A stretch of 64,000 nt of DNA from a virus, in IMG/VR virus record IMGVR_UViG_3300035099_000047, positions 96,001-160,000 of that record; one strand, 5' to 3'. Positions 9,312 through 19,172 of this stretch are shown piece after piece. How positions within the stretch are numbered: position 1 is the stretch's first letter; every line of letters starts with the position of its first letter. Position numbers and translations under genes: made by a program. Under the pieces are notes generated by a model. The model did not search any database. It was not told where the DNA came from and saw only the letters and a program-made list of their open reading frames with translations.

Positions 9312-9623
9312 TCACCTTGCTCCCAGAAAACGCAGTCCGGCCTCCCGCTCCAAATATCCTAGGGACGTCAGTGCTGCTTGTACTTGTTGAACAGCAGACG
9401 AAAAATACTGATCTCCTTTGCCCTTTTGGAAATGAGCCAAATTCAAATGGGCATTGTACAAATACTTGTAAGCACTGGCAATCCTCTTGGCTACATTGTC
9501 GGGAACTGCAGACTGGACTGCAGCACCAGAACTCGGCCTCCGTCCAGTGGACTGGGGTGGAGGTGGAGGGACCTGACCAGCTTCTCCTAACAAGCGATCA
9601 ACTGCCTCTAAAAAACTATCCAT
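9312..9623 (-). CDS. Leader-tagged protein
   Basis: MDSFLEAVDRLLGE. Confidence 0.7.
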   Translation of the reverse strand: MDSFLEAVDRLLGEAGQVPPPPPQSTGRRPSSGAAVQSAVPDNVAKRIASAYKYLYNAHLNLAHFQKGKGDQYFSSAVQQVQAALTSLGYLEREAGLRFLGAR

Positions 9624-9650
9624 TTGATTCACTCCTATATGCTGTGGTTT

Positions 9651-9992
9651 TCAAAATCGCTCATAGGGCTCTTCCTCCACTTCTTCCTCCTCATCGCGCC
9701 CTGGAGGACCTTCTTTGGTAACCCACCCCTGATTCCGCACAAATTCATCATCTGGAGTCTGTGGGAATAGTTGGCCTTTAATAGGTACAGGAAGCTGATT
9801 CTTCACGTGTTCCAAGAAAGTCAGGAACCGAGCCAACAACCGACCCTTGATGGCCGTAAGGTGTCGATCGCTCCACCGCAGCAGTACTGCCTCCAGATCC
9901 CCAACACTGTATTCAGGCTCTGGAGTTGTGGTGAGTTCGTGTTCTGGCTGCTCAGCAAGCAACTGACGGACTGTCTGTTCAAATTGGTCCAT
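9651..9992 (-). CDS. Leader-tagged protein with acidic tail
   Basis: MDQFEQTVRQLLAE. Confidence 0.75.
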   Translation of the reverse strand: MDQFEQTVRQLLAEQPEHELTTTPEPEYSVGDLEAVLLRWSDRHLTAIKGRLLARFLTFLEHVKNQLPVPIKGQLFPQTPDDEFVRNQGWVTKEGPPGRDEEEEVEEEPYERF

Positions 9993-10080
9993 TGTTTCAC
10001 CTTTTTACCTCTGAAACAAAATAGTCAAAACTACAAGTTCCTCAACTCGCCAAATCAAGGCACCCGCTCCATTGTTGATT

Positions 10081-10470
10081 TCAAGCATTCTCTCTATTCA
10101 AAACAACTTCCTCAACTAGGAGGGCTAACTCTTCTGGCGAAAGTTGATTTCTGAACCAATACACTCCGACTACCACCTCAAGTGTTGAGGAATGATATGA
10201 TTTGGGCCAATGATACGCATTTGGGTGCCGAATGCGAGTTTTACCACTTGGAGTTGTGTAATACCAAGATTCTCCGAACAACTGAGGCGGATCATCGTTA
10301 AACAAAAACCTCACGGGGCAAGTGTTATGAGCTCTCACCGCTTTACGAGCTAAACGTCTTGCTTTCAAAAAGGCTCTGGCTCTTCGGCCTTCTTCTGCTG
10401 GAAAAAATGGCAAACCAGGTCCACCCTGTTCTACCAAATACTCAACAGCACTTTTAAACAAGCGACTCAT
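10081..10470 (-). CDS. Leader-tagged protein
   Basis: MSRLFKSAVEYLVE. Confidence 0.7.
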   Translation of the reverse strand: MSRLFKSAVEYLVEQGGPGLPFFPAEEGRRARAFLKARRLARKAVRAHNTCPVRFLFNDDPPQLFGESWYYTTPSGKTRIRHPNAYHWPKSYHSSTLEVVVGVYWFRNQLSPEELALLVEEVVLNRENA

Positions 10471-10844
10471 TCAAAAGACTCCCACTCATCAGCCCAATCT
10501 TCTGGTTCTATCATTTGACGTATGTGATGCAAGGCGGCGTCTGCCTCTACTTCATTATCAAATATCAAGTTGATATATCCAGGTGGATCGTGTTCTTCTT
10601 GAAACACAAAGCCCAAATCCACTAGGTATGCAATGGCTTCTCTGGCTCTGTAGCTATCCCGAAAGCCAAACTCAACCCTCTCCCAACGGTACTCCATGGG
10701 TTCGGATTCCTCGGGTTCAGGCGGTTTTGGTTCTGTGGCTCGATAGGGTTGAGTCCCATAATGGAAACCATTGCCTCCCAGGGGGAACCCGTGGTGAGGT
10801 AGGTCCTCCACCAAACGGTGGACCTGGTACTCGAATGGGCCCAT
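10467..10844 (-). CDS. Leader-tagged acidic protein
   Basis: MGPFEYQVHRLVE. Confidence 0.75.
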   Translation of the reverse strand: MGPFEYQVHRLVEDLPHHGFPLGGNGFHYGTQPYRATEPKPPEPEESEPMEYRWERVEFGFRDSYRAREAIAYLVDLGFVFQEEHDPPGYINLIFDNEVEADAALHHIRQMIEPEDWADEWESFE

Positions 10845-10848
10845 GCTA

Positions 10849-13125
10849 TCAACCCTCGATTGCAGCCAGAGTGAATGGGTACGACTTGAGGTAGGCTTCG
10901 ATTTTAGTTAGCATTGCATCTCCACGAGTGCGCATTGCTTCAACGTCCATTTGAACCGGACCAGTGGGGCCTGGTATCTCGTTGCCGAACGTGCCAAGTA
11001 TATCAGCCAAGGTAAGCCTACAGTAAGCTTCCACTGTATCCAGAAAACGGCTTTGGAGGGTTTGGGGAAGAGTGGTAATGGTGTGTTGGTATGATAAAAT
11101 GTAATTTATGTGGTAAGGTGACGCCGGATGCCACAACACAAGCCATTTCTTCTCCGGATCAAAAATCCAATCAGGTTCAAGACTCCTGGCCCGGAGTACT
11201 GATTTTCTTTGTGCTAGTAACTCCGGCAGGGTGGTATTGTGCACAAATACTCCAGAAGATACTGCAAAATTATGATACTCCGGAACTGTCAAATCATACA
11301 CATCTTCATAACCAACAAATTCGACTGACACAACCTTGTGATTGGTTGGTTGGAATTGGTTTATTCCATGGGTTCTTATCATATGGGTCTTATACCCTCG
11401 GCCCTTCTTACACTTTTTACCACAACGGAAACAAATCTGATATTCTACCTTACCATGAGAATTTTGTTTGTGACGTTTCAATCCTGCTTCACTATTGCAA
11501 ACTGTTCCACAAATGTCGCAGATAGTTTCTTTGTGCCCCACATGAACTGTGCGGTGATGCCTCTGTAATCCCATTTCATTTTTGCAAACTTTACCACAAA
11601 TTTCGCAGGTTGCTGGTGTGTGCTCTCCATGAGCACTTTTCATGTGAACCACCAACGAACCCTTGTTCTCACAATCCCTACTGCAAATTGGACAAATCAC
11701 GGGCTCGGGGTCGCCGTGATACCTCTTTTTGTGTTGGGCTAAATGTCCAACATTAAAACAAATTTCCCCACAAATGTCACAAACGGCTGGAGTGGTGGCT
11801 AACTTCCTGGCGTTCTCCACACACCAAGCTTTGTACTTTTCATCCTCTCGGTGTCGCCTTTTCATTCTATCCTTGAAAAGCTGTACATTATTTGGGTCGT
11901 CCCAAAACTCGTCTCTCCCTTTTGCTATATTTAACTGAAAGATCGGATCTTTGTGCCGTTCTACCATCCTTTTGGATTGTCGTTCCCGACCTCCCTCTTC
12001 GTCCCAATATCTACGACCCCCTTCACTACGGGCCTTAACGAATTCCGAATCCTGACACAGCTTGGTCATGACTTCGGAGTTGACAGTAGCCATTTTGGCT
12101 ACGTACTCTGGATCGGACCAAAGCTTGGCCATGTGCTCCACCGCAAACTGAGAATGAAACTGCAAATGATCCTCATAAACCATCCATACCAAATTGTCTG
12201 GGCGATTGTTTCGCTTGTTAAAATCCAAGTGGTGGCGTATGCTACCTCTAATCCCTCCATGGAATACCAACTTGTTATTCTCATCTACAGTAGCCGACCT
12301 GTTTACGAATTCGGCTACTCGCTTGTGAGTGAATTCCCACTTGTTTGCAGTGGGGTCGAGGAATTCTTCGTAACCATCGCAGTATCCATTTTCTTGCTTG
12401 GCAGACATCCTGCGGTACAAAGGCATCAAGCTATCGCCTGGTTGTAAGTCCTTAGTTGCTTTGTATTCTCTATTTTTCATCAGCCACAAGTGATCAGGTG
12501 TAACTTTTTCGGACATTCCATTGTCCAGAATCACCTTGAACACAGGCACATTGATCCCGCTTCTGAAAGGTTTCCCTGCCTTGCCTGGCACTATCTTTCG
12601 TCTCTGATGATCGTAACTGTAAAGCCAGATTTGGCCTGCATAATCAAATAGTTCCTCAATTGTCCGCTCGGTACCATCTAGCAAAGGGATCTTTGTGTCT
12701 TTAGTCAAACATTGGGGGGTTCCCGGGCCTATACGATTTGCAGAAATTGTACCAGTTGTAAACGGAGAAGAGGTCAACAAACGTGATGTTAAATTGAAAA
12801 TTGAAATATCGATAATAGGACTGTAATCTTTTGGGGGTAGGAATTCTACATCTGCAACTCCAAGCAAACCCTCTTCTGCACTTAGATCAATATAGCTACT
12901 TTCTGTTTGCAAACTTATTTCTCCACTAGGGCTCCCCACATAAGCATATCGGCGTTCCTTCCGGTTCACGTACTGATTGAACAAGTCCAATGCCCGATCA
13001 ATAGCTTCTTGGTAATGGTCAATGTTTTCCCCACTACCACCGCTTTGCACCAGGGCCAAACACCGAGCCCCATAGCCCAGTCGAACCTTAATTTTCTGTG
13101 CAATTTGCCCAGCAGTTAGATTCAT
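10849..13125 (-). CDS. Neck protein (T4 gp13-like) containing an intein
   Basis: N-extein QKIKVRLG...EAIDRALDLFNQY; C-extein LADILGTFGNEIPGPTGPVQMD...RG; spliced product about 266 aa. Confidence 0.8.
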   Translation of the reverse strand: MNLTAGQIAQKIKVRLGYGARCLALVQSGGSGENIDHYQEAIDRALDLFNQYVNRKERRYAYVGSPSGEISLQTESSYIDLSAEEGLLGVADVEFLPPKDYSPIIDISIFNLTSRLLTSSPFTTGTISANRIGPGTPQCLTKDTKIPLLDGTERTIEELFDYAGQIWLYSYDHQRRKIVPGKAGKPFRSGINVPVFKVILDNGMSEKVTPDHLWLMKNREYKATKDLQPGDSLMPLYRRMSAKQENGYCDGYEEFLDPTANKWEFTHKRVAEFVNRSATVDENNKLVFHGGIRGSIRHHLDFNKRNNRPDNLVWMVYEDHLQFHSQFAVEHMAKLWSDPEYVAKMATVNSEVMTKLCQDSEFVKARSEGGRRYWDEEGGRERQSKRMVERHKDPIFQLNIAKGRDEFWDDPNNVQLFKDRMKRRHREDEKYKAWCVENARKLATTPAVCDICGEICFNVGHLAQHKKRYHGDPEPVICPICSRDCENKGSLVVHMKSAHGEHTPATCEICGKVCKNEMGLQRHHRTVHVGHKETICDICGTVCNSEAGLKRHKQNSHGKVEYQICFRCGKKCKKGRGYKTHMIRTHGINQFQPTNHKVVSVEFVGYEDVYDLTVPEYHNFAVSSGVFVHNTTLPELLAQRKSVLRARSLEPDWIFDPEKKWLVLWHPASPYHINYILSYQHTITTLPQTLQSRFLDTVEAYCRLTLADILGTFGNEIPGPTGPVQMDVEAMRTRGDAMLTKIEAYLKSYPFTLAAIEG
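11236..12711 (-). mobile_element. Intein (492 aa) with HNH homing endonuclease and five C2H2 zinc fingers
   Basis: Q|CLTKDTKI...VTPDH...VYDLTVPEYHNFAVSSGVFVHN|T; HHLDFNKRNNRPDNL; five Cx2Cx12Hx4H units. Confidence 0.93.
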
Positions 13126-13126
13126 A

Positions 13127-14407
13127 TCAATCCAGTCTTTTCTTTGCCACATAAGTCTGATAACCCTCCCACAAACCTGGATCCGTTCTCAACAGCTTTT
13201 CGGCCTTTGGCCACCTTCCACCAATCACGTGGCTAGCATATAGATAGCTAAAATCGACCGTAGTAAGTATGGCCGGTTCCCCCAACCGGAACCGCTTGTT
13301 TCCCAAGGGACCCCTAGCATAACGGTAGGCCGCTTCCGGATCTTTGGCCATAGCAGGTTCCCCCATAGGAAACGGCCCATGAAGCGTCTCCGATGCATAC
13401 CCCAAGGCTATCTTAGCGTTCTTGGACATGGCTGGTTCACCAGCTGGGAATGGGCCAACGATCTCGGAGTAATCAAGAGAACTCTTACCGTTCCTGGCAA
13501 TTTCGGGCTCCATCTCAGGCCAACCCTCGGATCCTATGAATTTACGTATGTATTCTATTAAGTGCTCACTTTTAGCAATGGCCGGTTCCCCCAGTGGAAA
13601 TCGTCTGCCTAGCACTTCATGAGCATACCTATAGGCAGCATCACCATCCTTGGCAATGGCCTCTTCACCTTCAGGCCATTCCCCTCCCACTATTCGCTTA
13701 GCATAACCAAATGCCTGATCACCACTTGGGTTAGGTGGAGGGGTCAGCAAACGATTCAACAAAGGCCCAGGCTCCATAGGCTGGTCCTGTACGTCCATCA
13801 CTTGACTGTAATCAGGCGTGTATTGCATGAAAGGAACTCCGTCCTTCAACACAACGTAGATGGCTCCAAAATCCTCCAAATAGCTGCGAGCCCAACTAGA
13901 ATTAGCTCCACGAGTACACCACCTAGTGCCCTCCCCTAAAATCCCCAAGCTCCTTGGATCAGTAACACGCAAGGTGATATAAGGGCCGTCAACCTTATTC
14001 ACTTCAACCCCTTCTAATCCAGATATCTTGCTTGCCACCTCCGCAGGCACCCGCAGCACCTCTGGCCTTTCTTGTTGCACAGCCCGTTGCAAATCACCGA
14101 AAGTAGGGTAACGGTGAATATCACGATTCAACTGGCTAGAAGGCTTGCGTTTTAGTTCAGTGAAATGTTGCAAATACTCTTTGACTTTTTCCGCGTCTTC
14201 AGGCAGAATGACTTGATGAGTTACCCATTGCCTCAAAATCCAACTGTCGTATTGTTTATCAGGTGTTGGATCTGCATCGTCAACCAACCGAGTAATGGTA
14301 CCCACCGGCAAATCCAATACCCTGTGCGCTTTCTCCAACTGACTAGACTGTATGCCTTCTTGGAGCATTTGCCGAACCAAACGCGGGTATGGGATTCTAT
14401 AGGTCAT
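13127..14407 (-). CDS. Putative internal protein with DPT...W domain, GTRWCT domain and ~25-aa helical repeats
   Basis: DADPTPDKQYDSWI; GEGTRWCTR; about 7 repeats of YA..V.G.RFP.GEPAIAK; degenerate leader YPRLVRQMLQE. Confidence 0.7.
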   Translation of the reverse strand: MTYRIPYPRLVRQMLQEGIQSSQLEKAHRVLDLPVGTITRLVDDADPTPDKQYDSWILRQWVTHQVILPEDAEKVKEYLQHFTELKRKPSSQLNRDIHRYPTFGDLQRAVQQERPEVLRVPAEVASKISGLEGVEVNKVDGPYITLRVTDPRSLGILGEGTRWCTRGANSSWARSYLEDFGAIYVVLKDGVPFMQYTPDYSQVMDVQDQPMEPGPLLNRLLTPPPNPSGDQAFGYAKRIVGGEWPEGEEAIAKDGDAAYRYAHEVLGRRFPLGEPAIAKSEHLIEYIRKFIGSEGWPEMEPEIARNGKSSLDYSEIVGPFPAGEPAMSKNAKIALGYASETLHGPFPMGEPAMAKDPEAAYRYARGPLGNKRFRLGEPAILTTVDFSYLYASHVIGGRWPKAEKLLRTDPGLWEGYQTYVAKKRLD

Positions 14408-14579
14408 GTTCGTTTCTCGCCGAGGCCCCATCTCTTGAAAAGTAAAGGGGAACGATTTCTTCTTCATTTTGAAGCATTTTTGCGGGAACCCCACCATAAG
14501 GGACCCTTTTTACCCACTCAGTCTCAAATGGGCTAGCAAGACTGAATCCGGAGGAATTCACCATCACGCTCATTTCTGA

Positions 14580-14933
14580 TCAATGTCCAGCGATGTTTTT
14601 CTTTTGGGCTCGTTCATATCGCCTCAGGACCTTCCTCCCTTTTTCAGTGGTTTGGTAGACACTGTTTCCTGGGGGACCGAGTTTAATAAGCAATCCTTGA
14701 TCTGTCACTGGTGTTCTCCCCCCACTCACAATATAACCAGGCCAAATACCCAAAGCGTAAAGGTCTGTGTTCACATCCGTGAGTCTCGTGGAGGCTCCAA
14801 CTGCTCTCCTAGCATCAACCAACTCTTTATAAATGCACCCCTTCAAAGCTGCTCTCAACATAGCAGCTTGACTGCTGGGTATTGTCCGCTTTGCCTCAAC
14901 CAGTTGTTCAACCATACGCCGGAATCTTACCAT
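14580..14933 (-). CDS. Leader-tagged winged-helix protein
   Basis: GGAG SD; MVRFRRMVEQLVE; LRAALKGC..EL...VYQTTEKGRKVLRRYE. Confidence 0.75.
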   Translation of the reverse strand: MVRFRRMVEQLVEAKRTIPSSQAAMLRAALKGCIYKELVDARRAVGASTRLTDVNTDLYALGIWPGYIVSGGRTPVTDQGLLIKLGPPGNSVYQTTEKGRKVLRRYERAQKKNIAGH

Positions 14934-14993
14934 TACCACCAACTCCAATCCTGAACTCTCCACCGTTCCAACCATCTTTTCCAAACCATTTCA

Positions 14994-16091
14994 TCACACT
15001 TCCCATCCTTCGTCTGGCTCTTCTGGCTCCCACTCTTCCTCTTCAGGTTCCCATTCTTCAATATCAAACTCCTCTGGTTCCTTCACCAATTCATTCAACA
15101 ACTCAGCAGCTTCATCCGGCTCCCGTATCACAGCATATACTATGCGGTGCAGGTCCACTGGGGTCTGGGTGGCCAAGGCGTAATATAAATCAGCCAAGGA
15201 CAAATTGCGGGGCTTGACCGCCAGGAACCGCCGCCACAACTCAGGTCCAATTTGAATCAACCATGGCTCATGCCGTATATCATCAGCCTTGCTCAACACT
15301 GCCTTGGCTGTAGGCTCGTCCATATGAGCCAAACCATGATGGCTGATCAACTCCGCCACCCCCTTACTCATCTCCTGAGCCAACACAGGGAAACAAGTCG
15401 CCCGGGCATCCACTACCGGGGTCTCCTCACCCTCTTCATCTGGTTCATACCTAACACGGGTAGACCCTGTAGCCATGTCGCCTAACATTGCTAACATAGC
15501 AGGTACATCTATTAACCAATGGTAATGGTGAGCTCCCGCTGTAAGTTTGTTATACAAGGGTAGCAACCGACGGTCAATTCGATTGATCTCCTGGTCCACC
15601 ACGTGATGCATGGTCATCATGGCATGAACGGCTGAACCGTGAGTCAAGGCGTTCATGGTCAAGCGCTTGTTGACCTCATCAGTCACCTCCAATCTCTCAT
15701 CAGGCAATTCTTCCTCTTCTTCAAATTCACTACCAATTCCAACTTCTCCGGTCAACCTGCCTTCCAACATTTCTTCCGGCACACCCCATATTTGCATTGT
15801 AATGCGTTTAGCTAGATCAACCAGCTCTTGAGCATGGGCTCTCTCAATGCGTTGCACCTGCTGGTACAAGCTCATCAGCTCTCTCATATCCAATCCAGAT
15901 TGTTGCACCCGCTGGCTGGTATATTCCCAACCGCCGCGGGACAACTCATGGCCAAAAGTTCTCAGGATGGGATGTTGGCTGAACTGGTGACCACCTTGCC
16001 GCAACCCTCGCCAAAAGCGGACAGTCTCAGGATGGGCCTCATCCTCATAAGCTTCATACAATTGGTCAACCAGATTTTCAAAGGTACCCAT
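14994..16091 (-). CDS. Leader-tagged helical protein of unknown function with acidic tail
   Basis: MGTFENLVDQLYE; KRLTMNALTHG...ARATCFPVLAQEMSKG...IGPELW. Confidence 0.8.
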   Translation of the reverse strand: MGTFENLVDQLYEAYEDEAHPETVRFWRGLRQGGHQFSQHPILRTFGHELSRGGWEYTSQRVQQSGLDMRELMSLYQQVQRIERAHAQELVDLAKRITMQIWGVPEEMLEGRLTGEVGIGSEFEEEEELPDERLEVTDEVNKRLTMNALTHGSAVHAMMTMHHVVDQEINRIDRRLLPLYNKLTAGAHHYHWLIDVPAMLAMLGDMATGSTRVRYEPDEEGEETPVVDARATCFPVLAQEMSKGVAELISHHGLAHMDEPTAKAVLSKADDIRHEPWLIQIGPELWRRFLAVKPRNLSLADLYYALATQTPVDLHRIVYAVIREPDEAAELLNELVKEPEEFDIEEWEPEEEEWEPEEPDEGWEV

Positions 16092-16415
16092 ATTGCCTCA
16101 GGACCTCCTCCCCTTTTTCCGTAGTTTGATAAACCTCATTATCAGGACTACCGATCACCAGCAAGGAACCAGAAAGGTCTGGAGGCTCTCTACCAGCCCA
16201 AGGTAAATACGTAGTGTACCCTCTCAACAATTCCCTGAACGCTTGGCTATCTCTAAAGGTGTCCTGTGTTCCCCCATCCTTTTGTATGTTTCTTGCATTT
16301 CCGCGGCACTGCAACCGCCCAGAGCGGCCTGCAATAAGCGCATTTGAAACGGAATCCATTCATCTTGCGGTTCATCTTCACAAAGTCGTTCAACGGCTTT
16401 TTCAAAGATACCCAT
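16078..16415 (-). pseudogene. Leader-tagged winged-helix paralog split by a frameshift near 16240
   Basis: N-terminal half MGIFEKAVERLCE...LLQAALGGC in one frame; C-terminal half FRELL...VYQTTEKGEEVLRQY in the -1 frame. Confidence 0.75.
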
Positions 16416-16716
16416 ATTGCTTCAGAATTTCCATCCCTTTTTCTGTGGTTTGATAAATATGTCTCTTACCCTTCACGCCTCCAAATCTAGTCATCCATCC
16501 TTTGCCAGCAGGGTGCCAGTCCCCTAACAAATACAAATAGTTGTTCACACTCCACAAGCTCTTCCATTCTCCAGCAGCCTTATCCAAGTCATTCCAAAAG
16601 CAGCCTTTTTCAGCCGTTTTCAACAAAGCTAATGCAAGTGGAGACGGTTTTCTAACCCTTTGGGCTTCCACCAATTGGTGAACCACTTGCTCAAACCCAC
16701 CTGCGTTCACGCTCAT
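16402..16716 (-). CDS. Leader-tagged winged-helix protein
   Basis: GGFEQVVHQLVE; LLKTAEKGC...GWMTRFG...IYQTTEKGMEILKQY. Confidence 0.8.
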   Translation of the reverse strand: MSVNAGGFEQVVHQLVEAQRVRKPSPLALALLKTAEKGCFWNDLDKAAGEWKSLWSVNNYLYLLGDWHPAGKGWMTRFGGVKGKRHIYQTTEKGMEILKQYGYL

Positions 16717-17000
16717 ACCTTTTCAACGCTTCCAAACCTCTTTTGGTCGTTTGGAAAATCCGCCCTTCATGGTGACCAAAACGCACTATCCAACCAAACA
16801 TCTCAAAGATTCCGATCCACTCCCCCACGCGGGCTTGCTTAGGGATAAGGCGCAAATCCTGGCTAAGGCAACCCCCAACGCAAGCCCTTAACACTTTGAT
16901 TCCATTTTCATCCAAATCCCGACGGAAAAATTCTTCTTCATCTGCATAAAAACGCATTTCACAAAGTCGGCCAACTTGATGATTCACTGAATTCTTCCAT
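16691..17000 (-). CDS. Winged-helix protein whose leader is interrupted by an apparent 4-nt insertion (alternative GTG start at 16987)
   Basis: ATG GAA GAA TTC [AGTG] AAT CAT CAA GTT GGC CGA CTT TGT GAA = MEEF/NHQVGRLCE; VLRACVGGC...IFQTTKRGLEALKRYE. Confidence 0.7.
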
Positions 17001-17161
17001 TTCCGGTTGAGACAAACCTTGCAAAGCTACTTTTAATAGCACCACAACATCACTGGACATGAAAGTTGCTTTGTCACCACTGCGGAAGTATACTTCGTGC
17101 AAATGATCAATGGCTTGCTCACCTACCCGAGCTTATTCTCCCATCCGCTATTCATACCTTC

Positions 17162-17350
17162 TCAAGGCTTCCAAGCCTTGGGAGTTGGGACCACCTTCGG
17201 TTTAGGAGGGTTGAACGGCCGGGGCTTCCCCGGCTTAGTAGGAGGCTGATAAGGCCTGCGCACCGGGACTCTCTTGGGGGGAGCTTTTGGAGGGGCGATT
17301 ATAGGCTCTTCACTTAACAATTGCAACACAGCGCGTTCAAAACTGTTCAT
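17162..17350 (-). CDS. Leader-tagged Pro/Lys-rich peptide
   Basis: MNSFERAVLQLLSE then PIIAPPKAPPKR...PKPKVVPTPKA. Confidence 0.75.
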   Translation of the reverse strand: MNSFERAVLQLLSEEPIIAPPKAPPKRVPVRRPYQPPTKPGKPRPFNPPKPKVVPTPKAWKP

Positions 17351-17660
17351 AGCGGTCCACCTGCATATCATAGAGTTTCATGGGGTCATCGGTCAAAAAC
17401 AAATCATGCAACCTGGTAGTAGCCAACTCGTGGAATGCCTGTTGTTTTTCTTCCTCTGAAGTGTCATCTATCCACTCGGCTTCATCATGATTCCAATAGC
17501 ACTTATCCGGGAACATTTCAGCTAACTTTTCCATCAAATCGTCTGGGTCCACAAATACCTTACCAGTGAGGGTAGCCCAAGCATAATAATACCGGTTGCG
17601 GCGTCCCCGACTGTGATAATAGCTAAGAACATCATCCGCAGCTTCCTTGAACCCACCCAT
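17337..17660 (-). CDS. Hypothetical protein with degenerate leader
   Basis: MGGFKEAADDVL. Confidence 0.65.
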   Translation of the reverse strand: MGGFKEAADDVLSYYHSRGRRNRYYYAWATLTGKVFVDPDDLMEKLAEMFPDKCYWNHDEAEWIDDTSEEEKQQAFHELATTRLHDLFLTDDPMKLYDMQVDRYEQF

Positions 17661-17687
17661 AAAAACCCTTTCAAACTAAATCTGTTT

Positions 17688-17984
17688 CTACTTGTTCCTT
17701 CCCGCCCTTTCCCAAAATCGGCTTCCATCGTATCTTCTCAAGGCTTCCATACCTCTTTTGGTCGTTTGAAACACTCTACCTCCAACTGAACCCAAGACCG
17801 CAATCCAACCATCTTCTATAAGCCGATACATAATACTGAACAGCATCCCCCCAACAGCCTGGTCCAACTCGTCAGGTGTACATCCTTTCATTGCTACTCT
17901 CAAATAATCAGCTTCATCCGCAGTAGGAATCCTACCTACGTTGTCCTCACAAATCCGCTCAACTGCTTTTTCAAATCTGTTCAT
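17688..17984 (-). CDS. Leader-tagged winged-helix protein
   Basis: MNRFEKAVERICE; LRVAMKGCTPDEL...GWIAVLG...VFQTTKRGMEALRRYD. Confidence 0.8.
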   Translation of the reverse strand: MNRFEKAVERICEDNVGRIPTADEADYLRVAMKGCTPDELDQAVGGMLFSIMYRLIEDGWIAVLGSVGGRVFQTTKRGMEALRRYDGSRFWERAGRNK

Positions 17985-18064
17985 ACCCTTCCCTCCCATT
18001 GCTCATACCTCCTCAAGGCTTCCAATCCCTTCAGGTGGTTGACCCTATCTTCAAACAACCCCAA
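17981..18064 (-). pseudogene. Internally deleted winged-helix paralog (leader fused to the last helix)
   Basis: TTG-started 27-aa ORF LGLFEDRVNHL-KGLEALRRYEQWEGRV. Confidence 0.65.
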
Positions 18065-18067
18065 AGC

Positions 18068-18850
18068 TTACTCTCCCGTCAATTGCTTCACATGTTCCAA
18101 CATTTGAGCCCGCTTAGAACAGGAAAACTCCAAATCCAATTTGCTAAGGTACGTAAGCTTGCCTTCCTTGGCCACAAACACGTAATAGGTTTGATCCTTA
18201 GTTACATCACTTCGAGTAAATCCATGATGGGCCAACACCTCTTCAGTAGTGTGTGTTATTGGCTTAGGTTTCTCAACTTCAATAGTACCTACCTTGATAG
18301 GTTTGGCCTCAACCGATTGCTCTTCCTTGGTCAAGCTGGTTGATCGTGTAGAACTGACTGCAGGTATTGCCGGAGTGCTTATAACCGGCCGAAAGGAGCT
18401 AACCTCGGGCACCTGAGCAGGCGGTTCTGGACTGATATCAAACTCGACCACAGTCATACAAGCCTGTTCGCAAGCTGTGATGCAACTACCATCCTCACTT
18501 TGAGTATAAGGGTGAGTTGGCACCGGGCTCTTGAGACCCACCCGGGGAACAGACCGACTCGTTGGCCAATCGCGTTTGGCGAATTCGGCTGGTCGGACGG
18601 ATACAGGCCGGGCAGGTCTAGCGGGTCTGGCTGGAACTGGGAGTTCGGCCGTGGGTGGTTGAAATAGGCCGTCTATAGCCACCCTTATCAAGCACTTATG
18701 TCCACTGGGCTTATCCCCTGGGTTGCGGGCATAGCGGGAGTAATAGGGGTCTGTTACACTTTGACCAGGGGCCAGGGCAATACGGCCCCCGCGTGGATCG
18801 CTCAAGAAAACGGTTTGGTCGCTAGCATTTACAAATTTGAATTTGGTCAT
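18068..18850 (-). CDS. Hypothetical protein with Pro-rich linkers and a CxxxCxxxC motif
   Basis: 260-aa ORF with GGAG SD; CITACEQAC. Confidence 0.65.
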   Translation of the reverse strand: MTKFKFVNASDQTVFLSDPRGGRIALAPGQSVTDPYYSRYARNPGDKPSGHKCLIRVAIDGLFQPPTAELPVPARPARPARPVSVRPAEFAKRDWPTSRSVPRVGLKSPVPTHPYTQSEDGSCITACEQACMTVVEFDISPEPPAQVPEVSSFRPVISTPAIPAVSSTRSTSLTKEEQSVEAKPIKVGTIEVEKPKPITHTTEEVLAHHGFTRSDVTKDQTYYVFVAKEGKLTYLSKLDLEFSCSKRAQMLEHVKQLTGE

Positions 18851-18880
18851 TTCCAGTTCTCCGGTTCGAGTTGAGTAACA

Positions 18881-19159
18881 CTAATCATCTTCATCCGATT
18901 CCTCAGCGCATGCTAGACGGTCAATTTCCACCATGTCAAACTTGGCCTTTTCCAGCATCCCCAAAGCACAACTTAAACAACAGCTACCGGCGATCACCAG
19001 CCTTTCTATCAAAAAGATGGCTGCTGAACTTTGCATTTTGTCCGGTAATCTTTTGAACAAACAACCCAGGATTGCAGCTTCTTTTTCCACTTCCTCCCAA
19101 GTGGCGTTGGCCAAAGGTTCCTCTGAATCTGGAGAAGAGTTGTGGTTCAAATCTGACAT
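18881..19159 (-). CDS. Hypothetical protein
   Basis: 92-aa ORF with AAGGA SD. Confidence 0.55.
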   Translation of the reverse strand: MSDLNHNSSPDSEEPLANATWEEVEKEAAILGCLFKRLPDKMQSSAAIFLIERLVIAGSCCLSCALGMLEKAKFDMVEIDRLACAEESDEDD

Positions 19160-19172
19160 TGATAGGTTCCTT

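Noticed and set aside
14505-14548. Possible pseudoknot/riboswitch upstream of 13127..14407
   Set aside because: A hairpin is present, but it matches no riboswitch consensus I can support.
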